Below are positions 12,362-26,753 of a stretch of DNA of 64,000 nt, one piece after another. The DNA comes from Fimicolochytrium jonesii. Taxonomy: Eukaryota. The position numbers and the translations under genes are program-made. Below the pieces are notes generated by a model, which was given only the letters and a program-made list of their open reading frames with translations, did no database searches and was not told where the DNA came from. The stretch's first letter is position 1. Each line of letters opens with the position of its first letter. The stretch lies in assembly GCF_025526975.1 (NCBI RefSeq), contig NW_026515683.1:124001-188000 (forward strand), in the 5' to 3' direction.

Positions 12362-13358
12362 TTTCAAACGCCGTGAAAGTCGTCGTCGGAGGAAGCCTAG
12401 ACGTTGCGGACTGAAGAATGGGACGCGGGTGGGTGGAGGGGCTGTGGAGGGGTTTTCTGCTATGCGTGGGTCTGCGCCTTTGGGAAGAGCTGAGCGGAGT
12501 GGGAGGCTGGGCCTTCGACGCAGGATATCGCGAGCGGTGGTTGTGGGGTTGCGTCGGGATGCACTTACGACAACGCGGGAGGCTGCTTTGGGCGACGACA
12601 CGGTTGCGAGTTTATTTGGGGAACTGTGGGAATGGCGAGGAAAGGACGACGGGCTGAGTGAGGAGCGACGGCTGGTGGTCCATGTTGCTCGGTTATATAC
12701 GTGGGAGTGAGTCGGCGGTAGGGGACCCATTGCGGAAGCGGCTGGTTGGCGGTGGAACTCCTCCATCGAATCCCACGGCGGAATTCGAAATCGCAGCGCT
12801 GAGCGACAGGGGCCTCACGATGACCTCACGCCCCCAGCCCGCGGCAAATCCCAACGCGTTACAATCAGACACGTAGACCCACCCCCCAACCCCTCTACAC
12901 GTTGCGATCCTTGCAAACGCCATCAGAACGAGATACGTGGATTAAGGGAGAGATTTGGCTGCTCTAAATTCAGAGGCCGGAGGTTCTGCCATGTGGCAAA
13001 CGCACCATCTCCTATCGACAAAGGTACCAACCGTCTTGTGAACACGCGATGCAGAAAATCCCTCAAGACGGTTTTCTGTTCTCTATGTGTATTGAAACCC
13101 TAGACCCCATTCGTAAGGGGTCGCCAACTGCTTTGGTCTCTATCTACAATGATACCATCGACTGAGGCAGAGAAGTTGGATACCGCGCGAACATGCGAAT
13201 GAGAAAAATCCATCCGTCCCGACTAGAGGCGTTGGGAGTCGGGGCAACCTGGGTGTCGGATGAGGTAGTGTAGAGGAACTTGGATCCGAGGAGAGGGGTA
13301 AAGATCCTTCTTGGGGACTCCCACATTGGCTGAGAAGTGATTGCTCGGCCGAATTGGC

Positions 13359-14349
13359 TCATTTCACAAAGCGGAGGTAACCTAGAAAATGAGGAGAAAG
13401 TCATTACATATATTCCATCTCGAGAGAATGATGGGGCGTCACCAGTAGACAATACGTACTGAATATCAGAGCACCAGCCGCGGACAATAATGCTAAATAA
13501 TTCAAGAAGAAGGCATTGACTAACCGCACGAACGACCGTAACGACACCCAACAACTCACGGAACAGCGTCTTGAACAAATCCCACTGAATCGTCTCCATC
13601 TGCGTCCTCAAAGCCGACACCTCCGAATCAATCTTCGAGTCCGCCTCTTTGATCCTCAACTCCTGCGCAGACTGCTCATCGCGAATCCGCCCCTTCTCCA
13701 AACTCAGCTCCAGCCTCACATTCGACTGCACGCGGCGAAGGTCTTCGACCATCCGCGTGCGAAACTTCTCCACCTCGGCGTTCAGCCGCCCAATGTCGGA
13801 CCGCAACATCCCGAAATCGTTCTTTTCGAGCATCTGAATCTCGTTTCGGACATGGGCGAAATCGACTTTGTTGGTGTAGATGGCTTTTTCAAAGTCGGAT
13901 TTGGTTACTGATGTTCGGCTGATGTTGTTGATACTAGCGATGGGAGGACGAGCGTTAACCAGGTGCACGTCGTTTTAGCTTCCTGACATTCCCATTCAAA
14001 CGGCCCCAATCCTCACCTCTCAGCCAAAACCTCCGACAGGCTCGCCATAACCGCCTCCGCACTCTCCCTACTAAACCCATCCCCCTCCAACTTCTGCACA
14101 AGCCTATACGTATCGAACTGGTGCGTCACCGAATACGGTCTGCTGCTCGAGTCACCATTGCTGTCGCCGCCTGGCGATGGTATGGACCCGACGGTGCCCC
14201 AGTGCGATCGGAGCCGCCGTTGGGCCTGGGCTCGGGGTATTGAGAGGAGGGAGCCTGGTGCGAAAAGTCACGTTGAGTAAGCTCGAGAGCCAGAGGTCAT
14301 CTCCGCCACAATCTTCACAGGTCCTACCTGGGAAGCGGCTAAGCGCCAT
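13359..14349 (-). CDS. FMP32: Mitochondrial CCDC90/MCUR1/FMP32-like protein (DUF1640), multi-exon
   Basis: Spliced: MALSRFPG-SLLSIPRAQAQRRL (targeting-like)...HQFDTYRLVQKLEGDGFSRESAEAVM...VRLELSLEKGRIRDEQ...KIDSEVSALRTQMETIQWD...GYLRFVK*. Confidence 0.85.
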
Positions 14350-14775
14350 GGTGCCAAACAACAACGAGGGACCTTGAACTGTATGAGTAGTGTGCGCCGT
14401 CTTGATGTTCTGATTTCGTTGACGGTTGACGACTGCGGCTAACCCTCCCTTGACTCGCCGTTATGGCCTGGAAGTTGACGTCCCGATGGCACGACTTTTG
14501 GCTCCTCTCAACACAAACCTCTAAAGATTTTCGAAATTTGGGGACGAATTGGCTTGCACTGGAAGTTTGCCTGTGTTGCTGGTACAAATGGGCTCGCAGA
14601 GACTGTCGCTTGGTATATGTGGTTGTGCGCTCGATGGGGAACTGTCTGCTGAAAGTGCGAATGTGCTGGTTTTCTAATTTCAAGTAGTATCCTTTTGCCA
14701 TTTCTCGCACCGAAGGGCCTATAGACAGCCAACAACCCACTCGATTGTTTCTATTGACCAGCTTCCATATCAGCC

Positions 14776-16457
14776 ATGGCGTCAACCTCCACCGACCCAC
14801 CAACACCCTCCGACACCAACACACCACCCTCAGGCACGCAAACGCCTGTAACCGACACCGATGAGAATGACGAGCTCACCAACGACAAAATGACCGAGTT
14901 CTCAGAGGAGAAGATCCGCGTCTGCGAGGCGATACTGGCGCGGACGGAGGGTGCTGCGAGCGAGTTTTTGGCGGGGAAGTTGAAGAAGGAGACGGCGCGG
15001 AATTGGGATTTGTGAGTATAAGGGGGAAAGGGGGGGGATGGGATAGGGAATGCAATGGCGGGCTTGGGCAAACTGTGCGAGAGAAGACGCGGCTTGGTGA
15101 ACCGGATCAGCTAGCCGAGGGGCGTATTGTAAAGATCAAAAGCCGGGGCGTGATGGGACGGGCGGCTTGGGAAAGCGAGACCTACGGCAAATCCACAGAT
15201 TGGTTCATTGAGGGTTTCCGGCTGGCATCAATAGGTTCTACAAGCGGAATACGACAAACTTCTTCAAAGACAGACATTGGGTGGAGCGGGAGTTTCCCGA
15301 GCTGAGGCCGGTGGCAGGCATAGCGCCTGCATCAAAGGTAGGTAGAGGATTCGTGATGGAACGCATCGCTTCCGTCAATTGCTGTGGAGTGAAGGGAATA
15401 TGATGTGATGCAAGCATCTGCGGATCGCCTGAGAAAAGGTGCACTCGTCGCTTACTTACTGTAATGTTTCCTCCTGACATAGTAGACATTGCTTGGTACG
15501 TATCGGCTACGCTATGCATGGAGGCTCGCGGTCGGTAGTTGACAGTGTGCTCCTTTGGTTCCTGCCTGCTCCTCTTCTTGTAATCAGAAATAGGTAAGGA
15601 CACCTAATCTATCGGCCGGGGTGGACATTGCGGAGTGCTCAGTGTGGTTGTGCTTCGTTATTCAAAGGCTGCGGCGTTGGAAACTTCATCTTCCCCACCC
15701 TCGACTCCAACTCTGACCTGTTCATCTACGGATGCGACCTCTCCAAGCGCGCCGTAGACTTTGTCAAGGTATGCCAACCGCACGACCCCTCATGTGGTTC
15801 TCTACCAGATTGCTCATGACCTTCTTGTTCTCTCCTAGGCGGATGCGAAATACGACACGCAAAGATGCAAAGCCTTCGTCTGCGACATCACCTCCCAGCC
15901 ACTGACTGACAATGTTCCGCCACATTCACTGGACCTGGTGTCAGCTTTGTTTTGTTTTAGCGCTATCCCGCCCGAGTGAGTGCAGTATTGGACATGTGTC
16001 GTAGGTGAAGGCGCATGTGGGCGTGTGAATTGATGAAACCTGACGCATTGTCATTCCACCATCCGCAGTCAAATGCCCCCGGCGGTGGAGAACCTGAAAT
16101 CAGTGCTGAAGCCGGGTGGCATTGTCTTGTTCCGCGACTATGGTAAGTGTTTAGCAGATCCCACCCAAATCAACCATGCTCGACTCATAGGCCTCTTCAC
16201 TAACCCCACATCCAGGCATATACGACGCCGCCCAACTCCGCTTCAAACCCACCTCCAAGCTCAGCGACCGTCTCTACGCGCGACACGACGGCACGCTCTC
16301 CTATTTCTTCTCCACCGCAGACCTCGACCGCCTGTTTTGCGCGAACGGGTTTGTGCCCATCGAGAACACGTATGTCGTCAAGACCGTTGTGAATAGGAAA
16401 CGAGAGCTGCATATGGAGAGGGTGTTTGTGCAGGCGAGATTGAGGTATCAGCCGTGA
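14776..16457 (+). CDS. METTL6: tRNA N3-methylcytidine methyltransferase, METTL6/Trm140 family; 8 exons including 10-nt and 6-nt micro-exons
   Basis: [97 protein letters not shown]. Confidence 0.92.
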
Positions 16458-16866
16458 TCTGGGGAATCAGCGATGGGAACTCAGGGAATACCCGTTTGAG
16501 ACCACGGTTCAGTGCTAGCCTTTGGACAGATTAGCCTAGACCGCCTTCAGTATTTACGGCACAGGAAGCGATAGGGCAGTTTTGCGCTGATAGGATATGT
16601 ACATTTGCTGACATGCGCATGGATCCTTGTCGGCACCATCTAATTTAATCTATCGCTGCGGTCTAACCACACAACCCCCGGCAACTCTACTTACAGTACT
16701 TCTACATCACGTCCCCACTCCAGCCGTTTCTCAGGCGCCCCGGAATCCCTGTTTCTCCGTCACAAATCATGGCAGGCCTCTATCTACCATCGACAGTTGA
16801 TGGGTAGAGACTTGCGTGAACCTTTCCCTAGCCCTCATGCGCATTGTCATTCGAGTCCACGTCCGC

Positions 16867-19144
16867 CTACTCATCCCTCGGCCAATCCAAATGCACCTCC
16901 AAAACATCCAACTCCAGCACCTTCGCCCACTCCACGCCCAACAAATCCTTCAAGCTCGGGTTCGTCCGTCCGTTATCGCCATGCATGAATTCCTTGACGT
17001 AGGTACCCGCGCTGGTACGCAGGTCCACGCGCACTTCGTCTGTCGTGGTGGGTGTATCGGAGAGGGGTCCGTCGGCGGAGGAGGCGGGGTAGACGTGGAG
17101 GGTTTCGATGAGCTTGTCGCGGAGGAGGTCGGCCCGGCTGCCGCATAAAATGATGTTTAGTTGCGAGCAAAGGGAAGAAGGTGTGCGGATTACATACCGT
17201 GGTACACGTGTCGGGTTTTGCTGTTTGACTTCCAGGTTTGTTGTTTTGGACAGCTCTTGCAGTTGTTCGATGGTGACGGGGGACGCGAGCTTCACAAGCG
17301 TCCTGTTATCGCAATGGGAGGATGTTGTGAGACATCCTTCGATCCATTATGCTACGGATTGCACGGTATGGGCGACTTACGAGTAACTCTTGGACTTTGT
17401 GTTCGCAGCATCCTTCAACTCCTTGGTATCCTCCCTGAAAAGGTAACCAATTAGATCACACTCTTCCTTCCGGTACTATCCCATCGACCTACTTGGTGAC
17501 AATCTGCATATGCCGTGCCCCCACCAATCCCTTCGCAGCCTCGTTTATAGCGTCCTCCAACGCTTTCATCTCCTCCTTAGTAGCGTCAATGCGTCTCGGG
17601 TTCAACAGTTCCAGATAGTACGGCCTGCCCTTCCCCAACATGAGCACGTCGGAATCTTCCCGGCCGGACGAGTAGAACTTATGCCCGTCCGTCCTGAAGA
17701 ACTCATCCACTTTCTCGGCGACAAACTCTTCCACGGAATGCTCTGCTAGACGTTCGCCTTTGATGACCCAAGGGGAGTTGGAGATGTGACGACGCAATTT
17801 CAGATATCGGCCTGCCGTCGGGTAAGGAGTCTCAGTTTGGGCCGATGCGTCTGGGTGGCGATGGGAAAGTACTCACCAGCGACATAGATTTGCGAGTGGT
17901 TGAGTTCGGTGCCCACGACAACTGGCAGAGTCTTGACCGCTGGTGGAGGGCACATGGACGCGCTACAAACAAATTGGGTTGAATACGGCCGCTTATTATG
18001 CGTCGACGGAAATCGTGAGATTGAGCTACCTTGCGAAATGCTCATAAGTGAGGTCTTCGACAGCTTTGATGATCTTCTCGAATGAGATACCATGAACGAC
18101 GATTTGGCCCTATATGGGGCCGATGTTCACGCTGTCAATAATCCCATCATCTCTCCCAGCTATATGAAAAACTCACCTTCTGCCGTGTTGTCTTGACTTT
18201 CAGTCCTGCTTCCGGTATCTTGGTCAAGAACTTGTACTCCTGGGCCGTCTCCTTATGCTCCAAATGTACGATGACGCTGAACGGGCTCACTTGATCGAAC
18301 ATTAACCCCGATAGCTGGCTGTACGCATTCGCTAGAAGCATCCTTAGAACCTCCTTCACCTCCACATCCGGGAAGATCACGTCCGACGTTCCAAGTTCCT
18401 GTTCAAGATGTCTCACGTAAAGCACATACGATTTCTGTCGTATCGCGAGTTGTGTTGGGAGTCGCATGCTCAGCACAAACGTTTGGTTGGTAGCCGATAG
18501 TTCATAGTTCTCGTTTCTTTGCATATCGTAGGCTTTCTGAGCTACGGCCTGGTGGTCATGATGCAGGAGCCCTAGACAAGCCGAGCAGATCTGAGATGGC
18601 GTAGGTTCCGGTGCAACTGCCGCTTCCTCTGCAAAGGAAGGCTCGTCAGCAAATTCCTGGTCCGTCCGTGTGTTTACTGGGGAAAGCGATGTTTCAGCCA
18701 CCGAGCGAGTAGTGTGAATAGTTCAGCAGGTATGTTCGTACCTGGCAGGACCGTCCCATCCTCCTTTTCCACCTTCGCCTTCTTCGCTTGGTGCCCTGCG
18801 TCATTCCCCTCGGGCGTCTCGCTTGTAGTCTCAGGCACTTTGTCGGGCTTTCCCAGCGACGCAGTATTCAGTTCTGACTTTGGCTCTGCAAGATGCCTCG
18901 CTTGCACACTGGGGAAAACCGCAGACTCCGAGGATCGTTTCGCAGAGGTCCACTCCTTTGTCAAGTCCAGCAAATTGACATGCGTCGTTCTGTCGCGAAC
19001 TCCCAAGTAACGGAAAACGCACCGAGGGCAGCATCGAGCTCCCAGAAGCCTGGTGACTAGCTGTTCACCCTGTTCCGCCGAAAGGCTCAGGTGGCCTGCG
19101 GGTAGGCGTTGCAGCAGCCTCAGTGCCAGGTTGGCGACGGACAT
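16867..19144 (-). CDS. PUS10: tRNA pseudouridine synthase Pus10, multi-exon
   Basis: N-terminal CCPRCVFRY and CSACLGLL zinc ligands; YVAGRYLK..RHISNSPW; catalytic FYSSGREDSDVLMLGKGRP; QQNPTRV; TSAGTYVKEFMHGDNGRTNPSL. Confidence 0.93.
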
Positions 19145-19377
19145 GACTCCAAGACGGCAAAGCACAAGGTCGTGGTGGGGAGGTTCACTACGAGGGACTT
19201 GAGATCCCGAAGAAAGTTTGCGAGTCCGACTGATGCAGCTATATGGCAGTTTGAATAGGGTGTCCGTTGGGAAAAGACAGAAACGGAGACAGAGGGAAAA
19301 CGCGAGAAGCGCTCGACTGACAGTGGGTGGCTGTGCAAAGGCCTAACAGGCTGAGGGGAAGCGACATTCCCACTACA

Positions 19378-19466
19378 ATCCATCCATCCATCCATCCACC
19401 GTCGAACAACGAACGCATCCTGCAACGCACAGCAGAGAACAGCATCCATCCATCCATCCATCCATC
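19378..19466. repeat. Two short (ATCC)n tracts in the PUS10/RAN divergent promoter
   Basis: ATCCATCC runs at ~19378-19398 and ~19443-19466. Confidence 0.9.
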
Positions 19467-19656
19467 TGATCCTCACACAACGTAAGTGGAGAAGTTCTCG
19501 GCCGCCGGCCCGGCGGAAAAGGAGCGGCATCGATTACCCTCTGGACCACCTATGGATGAGCCGTGGGAAATCCGCGTCCGAAATGGCATAAGATCTTGGA
19601 ATGTCGATCGTGCACCACCGCTAACCTCGCTCGGCATCTTGTAGACTATAGCAAAA

Positions 19657-20705
<1,049 letters not shown>

Positions 20706-21633
20706 ATAATATATCCCTGGGAAAACAATACGGAAGGATCAGCTCCCTCACCATTCGGTCCCCTTTTCACTGTCTGGGGAGAGAGGGTAGATGCTCTTAC
20801 TCTCAAGACTGGAAAAACCCCTGTACCTATCTCACAACCCGGAACCGTCGTTCGCTGAACGCACCTCTCGATAGTGGTGGGAGCATTAATCACCCGTCCT
20901 AATCCGAACCAATCCCCCTTACCTACCCCCGTCTGTCCCTCTTCGTTGATGGCTTTTTTTGTCTTGGTTTTTTTTTATTTGGTCCGGTTTGCGGTGAGGC
21001 GTAATATAAAATGGATACACAAAACAGATCTGAGCAGAATCTTATTACGACGGATCAGATAGCATCACACGATCCATCCGCACCATCGAGGGAGTCTGGG
21101 CGGATGCTATCGATGAGGACGGGAAGCAGCAAGCTGGGATTGCTGGCTGGTCCTATGCCGGTCAGCCCCTCGGCGAATGCAACGTAATTGACGCCACCGT
21201 CAATGGAAGGCGAAGCGGGATTGATAGGAATGTTACCTTGTGTATTGAGCAAAGCCATGGGCATTGGGGCTACATACGCCAACAAAAACACACTACAAAG
21301 AAGGGGGGGTACCCGATACCAGAAATTACTGTTCCTGCCTCACGGTATACACATTTCCCATCCCATCCGCTCCAGAGCTCATCTTTCCAAGGGAAGCACA
21401 GGTAACCTAAGCTACAGAATAGACCCATTTGCAAACAAACGAAAACAAAGCAATAGCATCGATGATGGAGAGGGGTGAGGGTTCGAAGGAGTGCTTACGG
21501 GTACGGGTACCAACGCGAGAGTTCAAGATACGCAGTGTTCTCCCCGTATGATCAGACCATCAACGCTTCATGTGTGTTTAGAAGACCGGTTGTGCCAAAA
21601 ATCTTCCAAGAAATGTTCATTGGGGTGTTTTTC

Positions 21634-23833
21634 TCACGCAGATCCCTCATCAGAAGCAGCAGCAGCCTCCGCAGCGCCACCGACGCGTTTGCCGACTCGT
21701 ACGAATCCATCTTCGCCGACCCACATGTCGACGTTGTCCGTTGCGCACGCGTCCGCGTTCTCGGGTGCGAGCAGGTCTCTAAGGGTGGCGGCGTCGAGGA
21801 CGTTTTCGGGAAGCTTGGCGAGGATGCGTTGGATCATTTGTGCGCGTTGGAGGGTTGAGAGGTCTGGTTGGGGTGGGCTGGGGGGTGGTTGGGTTTGGGC
21901 GGCGGGTGTGGTCACGTCAGCGGCGGGTTTGACCGTCGCGACTTCGGACTTGCGTTCGGGTTGAGCTTGCTGGTCCGGTGGAGCGGGAACAGCTTCCTGT
22001 TGCTGTTTCGCCAGTTCAGGGGCCTGGGGCGGCGCATCTACGGGCTGGCGCTGCTCAACGATAGACTGAGCGTCTTGCTTTTCCGGTTCCTGTTTGTCCA
22101 GAGGTGTAGCAATGGACGCCGGAACTTGCTGTTCCTCCGCGACCTTGACCTCAACAGGAGCCGGAGGCGCCTCTTTCACCATATCGATATCCATCCAGTG
22201 ATCCACGTTTGTCTCGGGCACTTGATCCCAACCTCCAGCCTTGAGAGTTCCCTCGATCTTGGCTGCCTCGATGTCGTGCTGGCTATTCTTCACACCCAGC
22301 GTAATCATGGTAGCTGTACCGCCCCGCTCAGCTTCATACTCGCCATCCCGGTCTACTTTGCGCCGTTTGTTGCCCCCGCCATCCCGACTGCAAGACCGGC
22401 GGCAGCGCTCGGGGGGCGGTGGGAGCGGGGGGCGGAATTGTTGAATGTTGGGGTTGCCCCTATCACCCTCAGGGTTACGATCTCGGTCCCGACCACGGTC
22501 TCTTTCACGGTCGTGGTTGTGGTCTCGATCCCTAGGTCTGTCTTGGCTACGCCCATGGTCGAAATCTAAAGTCCTCTTGTAAGCGCCTCTTCCGATTCAC
22601 AAATGAGTACCACCATATGTACCTCCACGTCTGTTGCGAGGATCCAAGTCCTGTTCAACGCTCGGGGCGTAATGGTCTCTGTTTCGTCGGGAAGGGTGCA
22701 TATCAACCTGCATTGATGTAACGACATCACGATCCAAGTCGGCGTCCCCTCTCCCCCGAGGGTCAAGCCGGACTACCGGCAAGTCATCTGCCGGCTCATC
22801 ATAGCGCTTCTCACATGCGCTGCTCCGTCGCTCAAAAGACGGTTCTTCCGGCTCCCTATGCCCCTTCCTGTCGCGGCCATGTGATCTGTCGTGGTCCCGT
22901 CTGTCTTCTTGTGGACTCATTCGCCTTCTGATACTCATGGAGTCAGCGCAGCCCGTAGATCTCTCTGGGGTCCTTGATAGGGTTCTTCGGACCGGCTTCT
23001 CCCAGCTGGTTTCACGAGTTTCAGTGTTGTAATAGTATTCTTCGCCAGATGTTTGCGACGTGTAAAGTTCCCAGGGCGGAGGAAGGTTTTCTTCAGTCTC
23101 GCCTTCCTCAAGGCTACGGCGGTCCCCACCTCGTTCGGTCCGTGATCCTCTATAGGATTATGGGAAGGATTTTAATGTCTATTCTCATGAGTTCGGAGCT
23201 TGTCGCTGGGATGGGACTACAAACCTGGTGTTGCGTCCCTTCAAACGCAGATCGTCATCACGAGATTGAAGGTCATCATCGTCGATACGAAAACGGCCCG
23301 CAGTCTTGAAGCCGCCATTTCGTTGAGAAGTTGCCTCTGCAGTGGTAGAAACTAATAGGCGCTTGCCAACACCCATCGATCATAGGATCTGTGATATATT
23401 ACCTCGCATTCCCCTGCCCCCACTTCTGTTAGAATGGCCACTTTCGTGTGGATCTCTGTCAGCATCCTGAGGAATCAATCAGCAATAGTGAGAAAATGCT
23501 CCCATATCTCGTAAAAGTGATGTACAGCGGAGGCGTCAAAAGTACCCTTGGTGGTCGATAGTATTGTGCCGTTCTTCCTCTGCTATTGTCGTCGTCGTAG
23601 CTTTCACGGCCCAATTTCTCACCGAGGCGGTCCCAAATACTCCCACGGGATCGCGAACGCGCAGGCTGTTCTCGGTCATGCTGATCCTTCTGGTAGTGGC
23701 GGTGAGACTCGCGGGGCGACTCGCTGGAGACGTCTCTGAACCTGTCGGCGGCGGCTGGCGGCGGGTCTTGATCGCGCTGCCGATGGCTTCGGTGGGTGCC
23801 TGATCTAGCTGGATCTCGTGCTGAACTCCCCAT
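21634..23833 (-). CDS. Arg/Asp/Ser-rich low-complexity protein with one WW domain, multi-exon; function unknown
   Basis: WW domain LPPPWELYTSQTSGEEYYYNTETRETSWEKP at ~23086-22993, plus RS/RD dipeptide tracts across several exons. Exon boundaries are approximate. Confidence 0.7.
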
Positions 23834-24820
23834 TTAGAGCGATCGAAAATGTGGATGGCGACGGTGAGTACAAGTGGTCTACGAGGGAGGAGCTGTGCCG
23901 AGAGGGGTTTCTGAAGCTACAGCGTGGTTCGTTCTCTTTCTCTCTCGCTTTGACTTGATTGGGTGCACTTCCACGTTCCCAATTGCGGTGGCCTCTTTTT
24001 CCCAGGGGAGGAAGGCGGGGGCATGGATGATGGATTGGGACCCCCCGCGTGTCGTTCCAGTGTCGAAAGTCACAAATTACTGTATTGTCGCCCAAAATAA
24101 TACGTACGTAGCACCGCTTTGTTTCCGTTGAACCTTCCATCGCCCAGGTCCCGGGCTGGACTGCTCTGCTATTATCTATATCATGTGCTATGCGCTCGTA
24201 CCGGAACCCTCGGGCCCCGGCATATCAAATTTGCCCGTCAATTGTGGCTGCATCGGGAGATAGCGGTATGGTCAACATCGTCAGAAGAATTGTTGGTTCG
24301 GCGATCTCATGTCCACACAAATTTTTGTTTAGACCCCTGCTATATAGTAGCTATACATTGCGTGCGCCGGTCACTGGTTTATTCGGAAATCGGAGTTGAA
24401 AGTCTGGACGATCACCTCTGCCGGTATCGCTATGCCACCCATGCCTCTTGCCCAAGTTGACTGGAATACATCCTCAGCTCCTTGCACAAACACATTTTCT
24501 GATAGAAAGTTGATTGGGAACATTTCTGTGATCGTGTCGGCCGTGGGAGACCAAGGAAAGGAGAGAAGACGAAAAGCTGAAACGGCATGCGTAGGAGAGC
24601 AATTTTGAGGACAGTATGGTTAGTTTGTTGCGGGGTGGCTATTCCCGCCGTCCGACAGATGTACCCCTTCATCAATCCACATCGGGTTCATGCGGGACGA
24701 ACAGGAGGGTGAGGGGGCTTGTATAAAAAGCTGTCGAGGGGATGAGTGTCCTCTTTCCGAAGAAGGTTGTGAACGACTCGCACATTCTTTCCGCAACGTA
24801 ACATTCGAGATATTCCCACG

Positions 24821-26753
24821 ATGAGGATCGCGTCCGCGTTTATTGCGTTGTTTGGTTGCGCTGGGCTCGGTGCTACGACGCCGGTAAGCTATCATCCCGC
24901 CGGCCGGTCTCTGATGCACATCAGTAGCCTGCATCCCCACTGACATCTCACTCATCTCCGGCTTTGTTGCTTGATCAGGTCACACCAAGAGCAGACGCCG
25001 CCACCCCCCTCGGCCAATGGTCCCCCCTCCTCCCACTCCCTCTCTCTCCCATCTCCGGCGGCATCAGCCCAACCGGCGAAATCCTCCTCTTCTCCGGAAA
25101 CTCCCCCGGCGGCTGGCTCTTCACCAACGGCGGCGGCAACTGGACCTACTACGTCGTGGTCTCCACCGACCAGCTCCTCAACCGCAAACCCATCCCCCTG
25201 CAGGGCGCGACCACCTCCGAGATGTTCTGCCCCGGCACGACAAATATGCCCGACGGCCGTATCCTCGTGAACGGCGGCAGCGGACCCGTTTCGGCGATTA
25301 TGTATGATCCTGCAAAGAAGACCTTTGGACCCGTCGCGTCGATGAATGTGCCGAGGGGGTACCAGGCGAATGTGTTGACGACGAACAACAAGGTGTTTAC
25401 GATTGGGGGTTCGTTCGTGAAGAAGTATGGGAAATATGGGTTTGGGGGGAGGGATGGGGAGCTGTATACGCCTGATGTGAATGGTTTGGGATCGTGGGCC
25501 ATCTCGAACCCGAAATCTGGGAATATTATTGGTGGGATGGAGGACTCGCCTAGCCCGGACCCGGAGGGCATTTATAGGAGTGATAACCATGCTTGGCTCG
25601 TAAGTCATCTACTTTTTCTTGGCCTCTTGCACTCACCACATCAGTTGACTTACATATGTCCATTCCTTGCTCACCATCTTTCAGGTCTCGTACAAAAGCG
25701 CCGCCGGCGACGACATGGTCCTCCACCTCGGCCCCGTCAAAACAATGCACAACATCAACACCTCCAAAGGCACCCTCACCTCCCTCGGCCCCCGCGGCAC
25801 CGACTCCTACGCCATTAACGGCGGCTTTGTACAGTACTCCCCCGGCCGCGTCTTTAAAACGGGCGGCGCGACCGCTTACGGTAACAGCCAGAGCAGCGTC
25901 GGGCTCGCCGCCTCCAAAGCTACGTACACGATCCGCTTCGATACCCTCCCCACAGGAGGAGCTGTCCAAGTCCGTCAGAATGCGGACATGCACAATGCCC
26001 GAACGTTCTGCCATTCGATCGTCCTGCCGGGCGGGAAGATCTTTGTCGTTGGGGGACAGACCAACATTCATATCTTTGAGGACACGAATGGAGTTCTGAC
26101 GCCCGAGTTGTATGACCCGGGTAGTGGCGTGTTTACGGTGCTGCCTGCTATGCAGAAGGCGCGGACGTACCATTCGATTGCGTTGTTGACTAAGGATGGG
26201 ACTGTTCTTGTTGGAGGTGGGGGTGCGAAGGCAAATAAGTGCTCGACGCCTGGGAAGGCTCCCTGTACGGATGCCGTTCATTTTGATTCGGAGGTAATCG
26301 TCCATTCGTCTACATCTACCTTGGTGCCAAGGCCACTCTGCGCAACTCTTGAAGACTAACCCACCATCTGCCTTGATCCTATAACAGATTTACACCCCAC
26401 CCAACCTAACAACCGGCCTCCCCCGCCCCGTCATCACCAAACTCAGCACGGGCACACCCGCCCCCTACAACGCCGTCCTCCTCCCCTTCCAATCCCCCCT
26501 CACAATCCTCGCCACCAGCTGCGGCAACGGCTGCACCTATGAGCTCCTCCGGCTCTCCTCGGCAACGCACTCCGTCACCAACGACCAGCTGCGCGTGCCG
26601 CTGCAGGTGACGAAACGCGATGCGGTGAATGGGGATGTCGCCCAGATTTATAGGGGGGATTTGCCGTTTGTGACGGGCGGGTATTATTATTTGTTTGCGA
26701 TTAGTGGGCAGGGGGTGCCGAGTGTTGCGGGAATGGTTAAGGTGGTGCGGTGA
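24821..26753 (+). CDS. Secreted copper radical oxidase, CAZy AA5_2 (galactose/alcohol oxidase-like), ~552 aa; exons 24821-24883, 24979-25599, 25685-26293, 26388-26753
   Basis: Signal peptide MRIASAFIALFGCAGLGA; cofactor and Cu-ligand motifs MFCPG, RGYQA, RTYHS, SATHSVTNDQLR; YRSDNHAWL; TATA (TATAAAA) near 24722. Confidence 0.92.

Noticed and set aside
21055..21291. 78-aa minus-strand ORF downstream of RAN
   Set aside because: Short, non-ATG predicted start, no recognisable motif.
24150..24620. Intergenic protein-like fragments or ncRNA (also 30400-30750)
   Set aside because: Multiple stops, and no recognisable family, tRNA or snRNA signature.
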